64,000 nucleotides of DNA from the human T2T-CHM13v2.0 reference genome, Homo sapiens, in NCBI RefSeq assembly GCF_009914755.1, contig NC_060930.1, one strand, 5' to 3'. Positions 13,391 to 27,570 of the stretch are shown one piece after another (position 1 is the stretch's first letter; every line of letters begins with the position of its first letter). Both the position numbers and the translations under genes were made by a program. The notes beneath the pieces were generated by a model. It saw nothing but the letters and a program-made list of their open reading frames with translations, was not told the origin of the DNA and searched no databases.

Positions 13391-13668
13391 CTAGAGCAGC
13401 ATTCTCCAATAAAAATATAATTAAATCTACATACATAATTTTAAATTTGCTAGTAAACTGTATTTTAGAAAGGAAAAATCACATGTTGTTTATTTTAATA
13501 CTTATGTAATCCAATATAGCCAAAATATTATCTTCAATATGTAAATAATATAAAAACTAATGAGATAGTAACACTCTTTTGTTCTTATCATACCCGTGAT
13601 GTAACTTAGCATTTATTACAGATCTCAATTCAGACTACCCACATTTTAATGGCTCAAAATAGATCTAG
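13391..13668. mobile_element. MER33-type hAT-Charlie element
   Basis: ctagagcagcattctccaataaaaatataat...; ctagag occurs at both ends. Confidence 0.65.
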
Positions 13669-13724
13669 AGAGTGGAGGGACATCAGAGAAAGACAGGAAT
13701 GGCTAGAAAGGATGAGGAACATGA

Positions 13725-14103
<379 letters not shown>

Positions 14104-14855
14104 TCAAAAATAGGTAAATTTTAATTTCTTCGTTAAATATTTTTTAGTCCCACATCTAGCTACACCTAGAACCCCTATCACACTGTGCATGACACTTGGA
14201 AAATTAATTAATTGGGTTATCAAGGGGACTATAAAAAAGGAACAATAAATGCCTGTCCTCAATAAACATATCACCACAAAAGGTAAAATATTTAAAAAAC
14301 TGTACATTAGAAAGTGATGCCCCCTATATGACAAATGCAGATAAAGTGTGGAAGAAAAGGTTCAGAATTTATTCACAACTAGAAAAGTCAAGCACTGCCC
14401 TTCCAAGTTTGTCCTATATTCTCTCTGCTTGTTTATACTATCTATTGTCTCTCTTACAACAGTTAAAATTAAGTGTTTGATGCTAGTGTTTGGATCACCT
14501 GGCAGCCTCCAATGTGCTATTCCCAGGGTTAATAACCAGTTTAGAACTGGGGGTCTCTGCTTACACATGTTGAATGCCTGTGATGTACATTCACCTCTTC
14601 AAACCACAAAGGCTTCAATTTACCTGTGAAATGCACCTTGATGCCACATCTATCCAACGTTTACCAACCATTCAAGGCCCCCATCAGCATTTAGCTCTAT
14701 AACATTGATATTTTATCTTAAGTAGTTTTATATAAAACAAGTTTATACTTTAAAGATATGCACCTTTCCAGATAACAACATAAAACTAATATAGCTATTA
14801 GGAAGTGAGAAATTGAAGTATTTTATTCAAATTTTATTTAGTTTCTGCAAAATAA

Positions 14856-15203
<348 letters not shown>

Positions 15204-15749
15204 AAACTTTACTTTTAAATAAATGATTCCTCCATGAATTACATGACAAACTTTTAGATAAACTAAATTATGCCTGGAATGCAAAGCACCTACTCACTAT
15301 TGCATAATATTTTAGGCAATGAGCCAAACTATAAAAAATACACAAAAAAAAATCTCTTCATGTAGCTAAACAGTTGCTTCAACAGAAGTCAAGTAAAAAG
15401 TCATAAATTCAACTATTAAGTCAAACAGGCGTCTAGTCTCTAGATGGAAAGAAAATATGAAGACATAAACTAGATGAAAGCTGGCACAGAAGGCAAAGTA
15501 AATTACTTAAGGTCCCTAGGACTTTTGAGTAAGAAAAGAGTGCATTAACAACCCAAAATATCCATTTGTGTGATCTGCCTTAGGAGATATAAAAGGAAGG
15601 AAAAAGTTAATTTGGAAAAAATCAACAAAGCAGATCTCTGAAATCTGCTGTGCTGATAGAACCATACATCAAAAGTAATAAATTAAGAATTTTTAACATG
15701 TTATTATATATTTCACCAGGAGCCATCTAAAGCCTTTATTTTAGTTTAA

Positions 15750-15785
15750 ATATATATATATACATATACATATATATATATATAT

Positions 15786-15834
<49 letters not shown>
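15750..15834. repeat. (TA)n microsatellite; pure (TA)22 at 15791-15834
   Basis: Read directly from the sequence. Confidence 0.95.
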
Positions 15835-15836
<2 letters not shown>

Positions 15837-17039
15837 ACAGATGGTCACACAACAGCTCCAGCACATTCCCCCGTGAGTACCTGTAACACCAGCATAACCA
15901 ACTCTTCCAACTTGTGACAAAGGACAAAATTCGAGCCATAACACCAATGTTATTTTTTTTTAATTTAGAAGAAAATAAAATAAGATCACTGAGATTTAAA
16001 AAAAAAGACAATAACAACACAAAAAAAACACTGCAGGTCTACAGGAGTTGCAATAACAGAGGTCACAAAGGCTATGGATGGAAAGATTAAAGACAATTTG
16101 TTCTCTCTCCCGGGTTTGTTTTTTGCTCTGAAAAAAGGTTTGGGATTTTGCCAAGGACAACCCTACACTATTCTGATGTATTAAAAGTCCTCATGCAAAG
16201 CAAATATGTCCTACAATAAAGCAGTCAAATAAAATTTATAATTTCCAACAAGAGCAGTTTGGTATGTTAAACCAATTGAGAGTAAAGACAAGGCTGAAAT
16301 GAACGTGGGACCCAGGGAAAGGTAGTGAAGATATAGAAAAGCTTTACGTAAAAAAAGTCTTCACACACTAAATCATGAAATAAAATGAAAATTTTAAAAG
16401 ATCATGAAGAGTTTTAATTAAACAAGTTGCTTTTTTTTCAACAATTTCAGGGTAAAAATAATTGTAAAACTTTGATATTAATTTTGCAAATCCATATTTT
16501 AAATTCAAATTCCTTTTGTTACTACTATAAGGCTATAAATAGCTCAATTTCAAACAATTTAATCTGTGGAAAGACAATTCTTATTATAAAATATTTGGGA
16601 ATTCCTTAGGGTTCTAAGTACAACCAAATCTATTCATATACCATGTTTAAAAAAAATGTAAAAATTATGGAAACGAATCAATAAGTTCCAAAGGTGAAGC
16701 TTGTTTCCAAGCACTAGTTCACTATTAACAATTGTCAGGGCTGACTTTATCACTTGTCCAGAACAAAATGAAAATGCAGGCCTTTTATTCAAACACCAGG
16801 AAAATGAATTCCTTTATCTTTCTTCCCAGGTGTCTCTCTCAACTTGTCACTTATTTTTTATTTGCTATTGAATGACAAGCTCTCTTGGGCATGGGACTAT
16901 CCATGAGGTGATTAGAGACCCTCACAGGTACCTGGGGCCCTGTATCATAACTCAGTAAATACTTACCAAACTCAACCATACCCACACCTGTGCCCAAGCT
17001 CCCACTAACCCACCCCAGGAAGGCAAGAGGCATGGGAGG

Positions 17040-17240
17040 CAGACCATATGTGAGCAGAGGGTCCAAGCCTCAAGCTCTCGGCCCATTGTCTCATGGGGCT
17101 TCATTTATAAAACCAAAATCAAAGATAAAATTAATAAAAATTTCAAGACAGTAATAACAGGATATTAAACCCCAAGTGTGGACCCTCTTCTGAATTTGGG
17201 ATCCTGTGTCACTGCACTGGTTGCCTGCCTAGGAAGCAAG
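17040..17240 (-). mobile_element. MER91-type hAT-Tip100 element
   Basis: aatttcaagacagtaataacaggatattaaacc...ctgtgtcactgcactggttgc resembles the MER91 reverse complement. Confidence 0.6.
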
Positions 17241-18167
17241 TCATACTTGTTACTATGACTTGTTACTCAGTTGTTACTCAGACTAAGGGAAAAAAATTAC
17301 TAAATGTTTTTTTCCTGAATGTTTTCTTGTAGCAACTACTGTCAGTTTACTTGGCTGAATCTGTCTTCATAGTATCTACTGCCAAGTCTTTGTCAATGCC
17401 ACAATTACAGATAAAGAAATCTAATAGAAGAAAAAACACACTGGATATACAATATTTTACCTGTTAATTCATGTGTCAGACAATCCATACTAAGTGCAAA
17501 GCAAATTAGTTCTGAAGCTTAAAGAAGACAATAGCATAGGCAAGAATTGTCAAAGACGAATATTCTAACACAGATTTTCTTAATCTAGAAAATAAAGCAA
17601 TTATATTTGAGGCACTTTCTATGCATAATGTACAAGAGCCTCCTACAGGTACAGGGTAACAACTGTAAGTAGATGCATTTCAGGTCTTTGAAATGTCAGA
17701 GTCTAGAAACACAAGACAATTAGGTTCCTAATAACTAGCAAGGGGGATAGTAGGCATGGCCAGATATTTAGACATTTAAAAATAAATTATTTTAATTTGG
17801 GATGAGAAAAACGGATTTTATGAGTACTCATTTTACAATATACAATGTTGCACACAATATACAATATGGCTCATTTTAATTGAATATACAAGGAAAATGA
17901 ATCAACAGAAAAGGCAGAGTATGCTTCAAAGAAATGCACACAATATTTTTCAGCTAAGGCATTTAATATACATAAATTTTAAATGAAATGTAAGAGAAAA
18001 ATAATATACAAATGAATAAACCCTTAAAAAATATCAGAGAGACTGAAGTTGAGAATCAACTAAAACTGAATGATACTAAAAATAACAAAAGAAGCTTTTA
18101 CTATTATATTTTGGACACGAGGATTAAAGAAAATTATGCTTATATCAAGGCAGACAGTGAACTGCAT

Positions 18168-18442
18168 TTTGTTGGTTTGTTTGAGGCAGGGTCTCACTCT
18201 GTCTTCCAGGCTCTGCAGTGGCACAGTCACAGCTCACTGCAGAGCATTGACATCCCAGGGTGATCCGCCCACCTCAGTCTCCCAAGTAGCTGTGACTACA
18301 GGTGAGCACCACCGCGCCCGGCTAATTTTTTTGTATTTTTTGTATAGACGGGGTTTTGCCACGTTGCCCAGGCTGGTCTCAAACTTCTTGCCTCAGCCTC
18401 CCAAAGTGCTAAAATTATAAGCAGGAGCCATTGGACTGGCCT
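18168..18442 (-). mobile_element. AluJ (diverged)
   Basis: gaggcagggtctcactctgtc...cagcctcccaaagtgct. Confidence 0.9.
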
Positions 18443-18863
18443 AGTGCAGTGTTAACAATGGCAAATCCTATCTTGCTAATGTTACTCAGTTTGATGTTGA
18501 GAGGGTAAGATAAATATCACATACAAAAAGAAGAAAGTAAACCCTGCACATAGATGAGAATTCTACAAAATAGCAAATGTTCACTTCCAGTGAGTTTAGA
18601 TATCCACTCCCAGAAGAACTACATCCTAACCGTAAGAAAACTTACAGATCTGTGTCATTGAAACCACTTTGTCTAAGGTCACTGATGACTTTCATATCAC
18701 CAACGCGAAGCATGTTTGCAGCCCTCACTCTTCTTCATATTTCAGCAAAATTCAATACCGGTGATCACTTACTTCTCTTCATGTTCTTGGCTTCCATTAT
18801 GTAAACGTACTAGTTTCTTCCAACCTTTCTGGCCACTCGTAGGTTTCCTTTGCAAATTCATAG

Positions 18864-19109
18864 TCCTCTCATTGGCCATTAAATGTTGGAATTTTTCCTT
18901 AGTATCAATAGCTTCAATTAGAAGCAAATGTAACTGTCCCATTAATCCTCTCATTGGCCATTAAATGTTGGAATTTTTCCTTAGTATCAATAGCTTCAAT
19001 TAGAAGCAAATGTAACTGTCCCATTAATCCTCTCATTGGCCATTAAATGTTGGAATTTTTCCTTAGTATCAATAGCTTCAATTAGAAGCAAATGTAACTG
19101 TCCCATTAA
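18864..19109. repeat. Perfect 82-bp x3 tandem repeat inside a probable L2 remnant
   Basis: Units start at 18864, 18946 and 19028 and are identical base for base. Confidence 0.97.
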
Positions 19110-19589
19110 AATTCTTAAAATTCCATAATCTAGATATAATCCTTTGCCCTCTACACCTATATATCCAACTACCTAATTGATTTCTTGACTTGAGTGTCAC
19201 TATAAACTCCATGAGGTCAAGGACCACATTTGCTTATATTCAGTATCCTGCGTCTAACATCTCGCACAACGCGTGGCAATTAGTGGACACACAAATTATT
19301 ATCAAATAAATAAATAAAGACTATTCTGATTAGAGAAATCTTAGTTGATGATGGAGAGGGCAACACTTTAACTGCTGATTGAGCCACCAGTACAAACGAA
19401 TTTGGGGCTCACAATTTGTAGGAATATTAACAGGCTGACATGCATATGTTACTAAACATGTATGCATATACACACACACAATCTTAGACCAAATTTCAGT
19501 CTGGCAGCATCACACAAATCCTGAATTTCAAGTTTTTAGTTAAATAAACTCTTCAATGGAAGTTTATTAGGGCCTTCATTTAAGAGCCT

Positions 19590-19621
19590 GACAATACAAT
19601 ACAATACAATACAATACAATA
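19590..19621. repeat. (ACAAT)n pentanucleotide repeat
   Basis: Read directly; about 6 units. Confidence 0.9.
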
Positions 19622-20771
19622 ACATTGCTTATCAGTAATGTTTATTTTCAAGGAATTTGCCTCTACTTGGACTTTTTCTGTTCTCAAGTTTGTATTACTG
19701 TTAAATATTATCTTTGATATAAATTGTCATGAGTAGAAAACTTTTTCTAAAATAGATTTGCAGAAAAGAATTTCCCACCAAAACCTCCAGCAATTCCATG
19801 ACTTCGGTGGACAACACCAAAACCTCCATGTTGGTAATTCATATTTAGACATGTCCACCCACCCAAGAAGCAAATTTCCATTGGTTCTGTTTTATTTTCT
19901 CCTAAATTTTCTCTAACCTAACTAGTATTTGGCACTTTGCTTTAGTCAGAGATTTCTCTAACCCTTTGACAAATTCCAATGTTTCTGTTTCAATCAGAAA
20001 TAATTTCCTAAAATCTCTGTACGAAATGAAAACACTGCCTCAAGCCAGGGAAATTCAATATACACATTAAACACCTTTTCAAAAAAAAAAAAAAAAAAAA
20101 ACCTTAATGTATTCAATTTCACCAACATAGGGTAAGTTTCTTTTCCACAGAAGTTCCCATTGATAAAGAAATCTCACAATTTTTTGAAACGAAGTATTTA
20201 GGTGATAGCAACGATAAATGTACTTTTCACATTTGTAGGAAAAAAAGATCACTATATCCATGGCAAGATGAGCAAAAACAAACCAGTATCTAACATTGAA
20301 GAAACAGAAATGACTACTATAAGGAAGTGCTTTCCTCCATTTATTTTATCTAGCTAGAAAGCATATATTAAGCCATCTATCAAGAAACAAAAGGTTAGCT
20401 TGTGTACTTAGCTGAAGATGTATGCCAAGGGAAGCTGCTGTTACAAATTAATAAAGAATGCACACAAAGAGAGCATGCTTGATGCACTCGGCTTCCAATA
20501 ACCTAAAAATACCTCCAAAATAATGTATATTCCAACATAGAAATCCATTTCAAATCCAATGAAACAAAATGCTGGCCATTTTTTATATTATTGTTATTTA
20601 CTAACACCCTGGAGTAGCTTTAAAGAGATATTCTAGCACAAGTGTTGAGGATAGGAGAAGAAACAGAAGAGTAAAACAATCAAGTTAACTTGATATCTAT
20701 GCCTCCAAACAAATAAGACTTTGGCTGCTTCAAGTCATATTTTTATTTTAATGTGAATATTTAGATTAGAC

Positions 20772-21240
20772 TTGTGGTAGGCTGAATAATGCGCCCCCAA
20801 CACACACAAGTGTCTATATCCTAATCGCTGGGACTGTGAATATGTTAGGTTATCCGGCAAAGAGGAATTAAGGTTGATAATCAGCTGACGTTGAGATGGG
20901 GAGAGTGTCCTGGATTACCAAGGTGTACCCAATACAATCACAAGTGTCTTTAAATGTGGAAGAGGGAGGCAGCAAAGAAAAGAGATGACAGTGTGGGCTT
21001 TAAAGAGAGAGAAAAAGGGCCATGAGCCAAGAAAGATAGGTGACTTCTAGAAACTAGAATAGGCAAGGAAATGGATCTTCCCCTACAGACTCCAGAAGGA
21101 ACCTAGCCCTGCAGACCATTTTATGGGCCCAGTGAGACTCCTGACTTCTGACCTCCAGAAATGTAAGAGAATAAATTTGTGTTGTTTTACGCCGCTAACT
21201 TTGTTGCAATTTGTTGCAGCAGCCATAGAAAACTAGTATA
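20772..21240 (+). mobile_element. MLT1D-type MaLR solo LTR
   Basis: tgtggtaggctgaataatg...gacctccagaaatgtaagagaataaatttgtgttgtttt...gaaaactagtata. Confidence 0.88.
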
Positions 21241-21767
21241 ATACATACTTCAACAACTAACAGAACAACAAACTAACAACAATGAAAACATTATACATCC
21301 TGTTATTCCTAAGCAGAATAATAAACTAACCATCTTATATAACTTGTAGTTTGGGGAACTCATGGTCTATTTCAGACCCCATTAAAACAATTAGTTATTC
21401 ATCCTTGGGTCTCAGTTTTCATATATATATATATATATATGAGTTTATTGGAATGTTCTAAGGTTTTCTAGAGTTCTCAAGTGTTTTTGTGTCCTGAATG
21501 CTAATTATGAAGTGTTGTTTGAGCTTTGACTTTTTCTATGAAATCGTTTTCTTAACCTCTAGCGTTTTTTTTTAAACAAAAGTAGTCATGTTAAAATCAA
21601 TCCAACGTAAGTTCACAAAATTATTCATAATAGCCTAGTGCTTTTCACTTTGGGCCTCTAACAAAGTCTCTGCTTTACTATAGCACTACCATCATCTTTC
21701 AAAAACACTAAGTTCAAGTAAGAGAACTTGGTGTTGAAACTTAGAAAGTGTTTCAGTTAATACTTGC

Positions 21768-21780
21768 CTGCAGCTTTTTT
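21768..21780 (-). other. Candidate 13-nt microexon with GC donor
   Basis: Minus strand: tttctttttttgtcttgcctcttctgacatag|AAAAAAGCTGCAG|gcaagt. Confidence 0.3.
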
Positions 21781-23619
21781 CTATGTCAGAAGAGGCAAGA
21801 CAAAAAAAGAAATCAATATTGTGCAGAATTTTTCTTTTAAATAATTCTTAACATACAGATTTTACAGGTTCAATGAGGCATTATCTAGAAGAAGAAACAA
21901 TATCTCTCTCTTTTTTTTTTTTTTTTTTTTAATGGCTAAGAAGCCTTTCCTGCAAACTATTACAAGTCTGGGCTATACAGCTTAACATCCACAGTTAAAA
22001 AGAAAGGAAAAAAAAGAAACTATAGTACACATTTTCACTGCATTTAACCATGTAGTGAATTTCTTTCTTCCTTTTTTTTTTTTTTTAAAGGAGAGAGTAA
22101 GTCACCAAACTGAAAATAAACAAGACAAGGAAAGTTAAAATCACATTACATTAAGAGCTAGGTTGCCTTCTATAAGTTAGAGAATCAAAATATTCTTAGA
22201 ATATATGATAATGCCTTCAATAAATATCACTGAAGGACATCATTTAAAAGCAAATTTTATGCAACACTGTTCTCTGGGCTTTAAATGAATTTAATATTCC
22301 TGGGAGAAAATGATAGTCATGGCCAATAGTTGAAAACGGTCAGAGAATACATATATTCAACATTTTCCCAGCCACTGTAAGAAATATGCCACACATCAAG
22401 GTATTTTACAGGGCATCCAGTTTTCTGATATAAGTACTGTGAGATTCTTTTTACATTTTACTCAACAAAATAAAATTTTACTTTTCAAGACATTTGGAAG
22501 TAGAAACTGAGGCAGGAAATGAATGGGGGGGAAAAGTGAATGGGCAGAAGATTCTAGCTATTAGGGAAGATGAGAAGAAAAGGCTCAGACAATCCTGTTC
22601 CAGAAAAAAATAATAATGATAGAAACTTACCAAGAACAGTTTGGGGCAATAGAGATGGACAGGGATAATATTACAGAGGAGAAAAGAGAAGCCTTAAAGG
22701 AAAGCAATTATAAATTACTGAAAAATTTAAATCAGAAAGGCATTCACTAGATACAAAACAACCTAAAAAAAAAAAAAAAAAAAAAAACTCACAACAAAAG
22801 CAGGTCAATTAATAAGGAGAATGTGGCCTGGCTGTGAAATGGACCAGGCAAATGGACTCACTGATAAAATACATTCTTTTTTATTTTTACCTATAAGCTA
22901 GTGGCCCAACAGGTGTATGTGGAGTGTGCATGAAGTTAACAATGGGTATTTTCACACTGTATTTGGGGCTGGGTTTCAAATGAGTTGAATATCGTCATGC
23001 TGATTATGGTTTCTCTTCAATTACTTTAATTGAGCTAATGTATAATAAGAACATAGCAGAAGCAAATAAGTCTGTGTGCCAGCTTATGAGCGGGCAATAA
23101 AACATAGCCAAAGAAAATAAGAAGACTGAAAAAAGGCGGTTGCAGAAACAAAAGAGAGAGAGAGAGGAAAAGAGAGGGGGGAAAGAAGAGGGTGGAGAAT
23201 GGAAAGATGAAGGAGACAGTTCAAGAGGGCAAAGTAGAAGTTGACAGCAACACAGCCACACCTTGCCATCTCTCCAAGGCTGCTTCTTCCCTCCAGAGAG
23301 GATAAAGCCAAGTGAAATCAGGTGATTCTGCTGAGCTTTTGTTTCTAATTCTGTTCTTTGTTTCTCTGAAATTTTCTCCTCATTAATTCTGTGTTTTATT
23401 TGAATAGTGCCTCAGAAGCCCGGTTGTGTTGCTTCTGTTTATTCACATGGTTCGTTATGTCACAGGTGGTGCACCCGAGCTACATGCGGCAAGTGGGTGT
23501 GTGCACATGTGTGTTGCTTGTTTGTTTTGTTTTTTGACACCCTCCCCAATTTAGTTTAGGGAACTCCCTGAATTTTTGACACCCCCCCCCCTTTAGCTTA
23601 GGGAACTCCCTGAATTTGT

Positions 23620-24760
23620 TTTTATCTTTTTATTTTGAAATAATTTCAAACTTACAGAAAAGTTGCGAGACTAACACAAAGAACTCCTGAATATCCCTTA
23701 CCCAAGTTCACCAATTTTCAACATCTTCTACTATGTATTTCCCATCTTTACATCTATTTACCATTTATTATATATAATTCTACATATTAATATTTTTAAA
23801 ACAACTTGAGAGTGGTTGCATACAACTTGCTCTTTAACCCCAATATTTCAATAATATATATTTCCAACTGTAACAATATTCTCTTATATAATCACAATAT
23901 TGATGCCAAATTAAGAAAACTTAACATTGATACACCACAGTTATATAATCCAGAGTTTGACAAACCTGTGAACCAAATCTAGTCTGCCACCTGATTTCAT
24001 CTATTCAGTTTTACTGGGACAAAATCATGCCCCTTCTTTTCTGCATTATTTGTGGCAGCAGTGTGAACAACAGCAGAATTGGATAGTTGTTGCATGAGAC
24101 AACAGTATTGCCTGCAAATTCTAAAATATGTATTTCTTCTTTTATTTTAAAATTTTTCAAACACCTGATATAATTCACAGTCCATATTCAATTGCCAAGT
24201 TTCTCCATAATGTCCTTTTTAAGTATAATTTCCAGTCTAGGATTCAACCCAGGATCCTGCATGGCATTTAGTTTCAACTCACATCTCTAAATCTCCTTTA
24301 ATGCAAAACAGTTCTTCAGCCTTTTTTCTCTTTCATGACACTGCCATGAAAGAATATAGGCCAGGTATTTTTTTAGACAATTTCTCTATTTGGATTTGTC
24401 TGATATTTCCTCATGATGAGATTCAGGTAATGCATTCTTCACCAGAATGCTACAAAAGTGGTTTTGTGTTCTTATAGTATCATACCTGAAAGCACATGAT
24501 ATCTGTCTGCCTCCCCTCAGTGATATTAATTTTGACATTCAGTTTTTCCACTATATGGTTACTATTTTTTTTTTTTTTTTTTTTTTGCCTTGCAATTAAC
24601 AAAATGTCTGTAGGGAAGTGCTTTAAGACCATGCAAATATCCTGCTCTCTGTCAAATTTCTATTAATTCCAATTTAGTATCCAATGATTATTCTTTCCCA
24701 AATCAATATTTACTATTATGGATGCAAAGTGGTAATTTTCCTAATTGATTTTTACGATCA
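23620..24760 (-). mobile_element. L1MC 3' region interrupted by MER58
   Basis: tattttgaaataatttcaaacttacagaaaagttgc... is an L1MC4-like 3' end. Confidence 0.8.
23951..24168. mobile_element. MER58A-type hAT-Charlie element
   Basis: cagagtttgacaaac...ttcaaacacctg, flanked by atataat repeats. Confidence 0.7.
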
Positions 24761-25346
24761 GAAATCAGATGTTCAGAAATATTAAATGACTCACCTCCTA
24801 GTTATTTTTCAAGGATGCTTTTGAGAACTTGAGAACTTTCAAAACTCTTAATTTCCATGATCTTAAAGTCTCTCAGAGTACAGAATGCCTGAACGAATGT
24901 TCTGAAGACTCAGATAACCAGAATCTCCTGCTGATCAGCATACAAAACCTATCTTGTAAAGCTACTACTGGGTTAAAAAGCTACATTTTTGAAACTCCAT
25001 TATTTTCATTCTAGAATGAGCATCCATTTCTATAATAAACAAAGTAGAAAACAAACATTAAAGACAAAGTAAAACAAAAACAAAACCTGACATATTTTGT
25101 ATAATCTGAATTTTTAGTCTGTTCATGAATCACTCCTTTCCATGTAACCTAACGGGCCACAGATCTTCATGCAATAACCACTGTCTTAGGCTCGAGAAAT
25201 AATAAAACAAGGTGTAGGGACTGATAACTAAATTATTTGTAAGATCACTGCCAGTGTTTTGCTAGGTAACACTAAACCATATTCAATTATACCCTTGAGT
25301 CTCCTAATTCAAAGGGAGAGCAGGATGGTAGGGGAAAACAAACAAA

Positions 25347-25371
25347 CAAACAAACAAACAAACAAACAAAC
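25347..25371. repeat. (AAAC)n microsatellite
   Basis: Read directly from the sequence. Confidence 0.9.
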
Positions 25372-25579
25372 CCTGAAAGTCATGTTGTAAGAGAAACATG
25401 AATGTTTATTTAAAGCAGAGGTGACATCACGGGACATGAGAGCTGTCATCAAATAGATGAAGGGTTCTCATATGAAAGAAACATCAGAAACTGACTTAAG
25501 ACATTCACAAAAGTTTGAACTGTGTCCTAGAAAACACTACATTCTTCAATGGAAAAAAAAAATGATCTTCCTAACTCAC

Positions 25580-25585
25580 CTGATC
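25580..25585 (-). other. Candidate 6-nt microexon
   Basis: Minus strand: ttggtttttctcctag|GATCAG|gtgagt. Confidence 0.25.
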
Positions 25586-26239
25586 CTAGGAGAAAAACCA
25601 ATGACCTCAGAAAATAAAATAAATGCTTAGAACAAGAACAAGCTGTGGACTGAATAAATGGCAAGGAGTTGGCAACATATGGCTATATAAGTATCTGTAT
25701 ACTCCTTTTCTCAAATCAAACTTAACTTCAAGAAACAAGGTTTTCAATGGCTCTGTCCATCAAAATATAAAAGTTTTCAGAACTTCTGCAACAACTGAAA
25801 ACTCACAAGTGCCTCAGGCAGAAGCAAGAAGGGAAATACCTTCATACCAATGCTCACTGTCATTATCTTTTTCTTTGCAGCAAAATGTATGCCCCAAACT
25901 GTCAACAACACAAGGGCAGGAAAAGATGCTGCTAAAAGGAAAAGATCATGTATGGGTGTTGCGAATGCATTTACAAACACCCAGTGTCTCAACTAAAACT
26001 GATGCCATACAATGTAATAAATAGCTTAAGAACCATTAGTACTTGTACCAACTCAGGCGATAAGAACTACTGCCTTTCAGCATTAAGTTTATACCATAAA
26101 ATGTGAAACAATCTCCTTTACACAGTGTGGCAAGGCAGGCCACATTCATTGGTATAGGATGATATAAAATGGGCCCATCCTCTCTTGGTTCACTTTGAAA
26201 TTCAAACCCTGCCTTTGTGGGAAGCTAAGAAATTAGAAG

Positions 26240-26470
26240 TATCATTGCATAGTGTTTACACACAGGGCATCTATCATCAGACTGCTTGGGCCGAATCCTG
26301 GCCCTGTTATTATCAGCTATGTGACCTTGGGCCAGGTATTTATTTTCTCTGTATTTGTTTCCTCATTTATAAAATGGTGATAATAAAGGTAAGTACCTCA
26401 TTTAGTTGCTGTTTGGATTATACAATATAATATTTTTAAAGAGTGACTTGTGCATAGAAAACATTTGAGA
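26240..26470 (+). mobile_element. MIR SINE
   Basis: gaatcctggccctg...tgtgaccttgggc...tttcctcatttataaaatgg. Confidence 0.8.
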
Positions 26471-27399
26471 GGTAAAGCTACTTTCTGTTGGCAATAGGGA
26501 GGCAGTGAACATTTAAGACAGACTCCCATGATTAGATTTTTATTTCAGATAGATCACTTCGCGAGAACAGCGAAAGATAGATTGGTTAGGGGATGTTATC
26601 TGTGCAACTAAAGTGGAAGACAGGAGACTACTGCCACGGTCTAGGAATGATACTCTGAAGGTCTTAACTACATCAGTACTGGAATATGCAGAAGACATAG
26701 GTATGAGAGATTTTAAGGAGACAGTGCAAGATTTGATGTAAGGAAGGTAGGAAGAACCAAGGCCAACTGGCAAGTTTCAAGTTTAGGTAACTAAAACTCT
26801 GCAAAATTCATAAGAAACAAGGTTGGGCACAAATAATACAATTGCTTTTAAGTATGCTGAGATTGAGGTACTCCTGGGCATCACTGTGGGTTATGGTCTT
26901 AGGTAAATCTGAAGCACAGGCTGGGCTGAAAAACAGAGGACTGGGCTGGGATATTTATTTGAGAGCCATCATTTCACTAATGAGAAAAATATGTTGCTAT
27001 TTTGGAGAAAAAGCAGGAAGCACTTCCTTTAAAAAGACAGTATATGGCCATATCCATTATACACGATGTTCAGTGTCAAGTATTTGTGCAGTATTTAATA
27101 CTGACACTAAAATCCTCCTATCAGTAGCATTCTACTAAGTCTTTGAACTCAGCACTTAGAATTCTTTTTCTTAAAAAAAATTTAGAAAGGATATCTTACC
27201 AAAACAAGTTTTCCATTACAGTTCAGTCATCATGTCATTTTGTAATTCTCCAAAGAGGACATTCACAGTACAGATTTACTTCTGTCACCCAAGAACTACA
27301 CTCTCACCCCATAAGGCAGTCTTTGTGTTTACAGCACTTTTCCCCTCATATCAAGAGCCTATGTCCATCATTTTTACTGGGGTCATAAAATCAGACCCT

Positions 27400-27570
27400 C
27401 AACAATATCTTGGGACACACATACACACACACACAAATGATAACTCTGGATGAAGACAGATATGTTAATTGATTTGATTGTGGAGATCATTAGACATGTA
27501 TATGTATATCAAATCATCATATTAGTACCTTGAATATATACTTTTATTTGTTGTTGGTTAAATATTTAAG
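27400..27570 (+). mobile_element. L1MA 3' end
   Basis: gatatgttaattgatttgattgtggagatcatt...tatatcaaatcatcatatt. Confidence 0.7.

Noticed and set aside
18864-19109. 82-bp and 128-bp arrays as CRISPR-like arrays
   Set aside because: Head-to-tail units with no unique spacers, in eukaryotic DNA with no cas genes
25623-26024. 133-aa plus-strand ORF
   Set aside because: No recognisable homology or coding bias; compatible with chance
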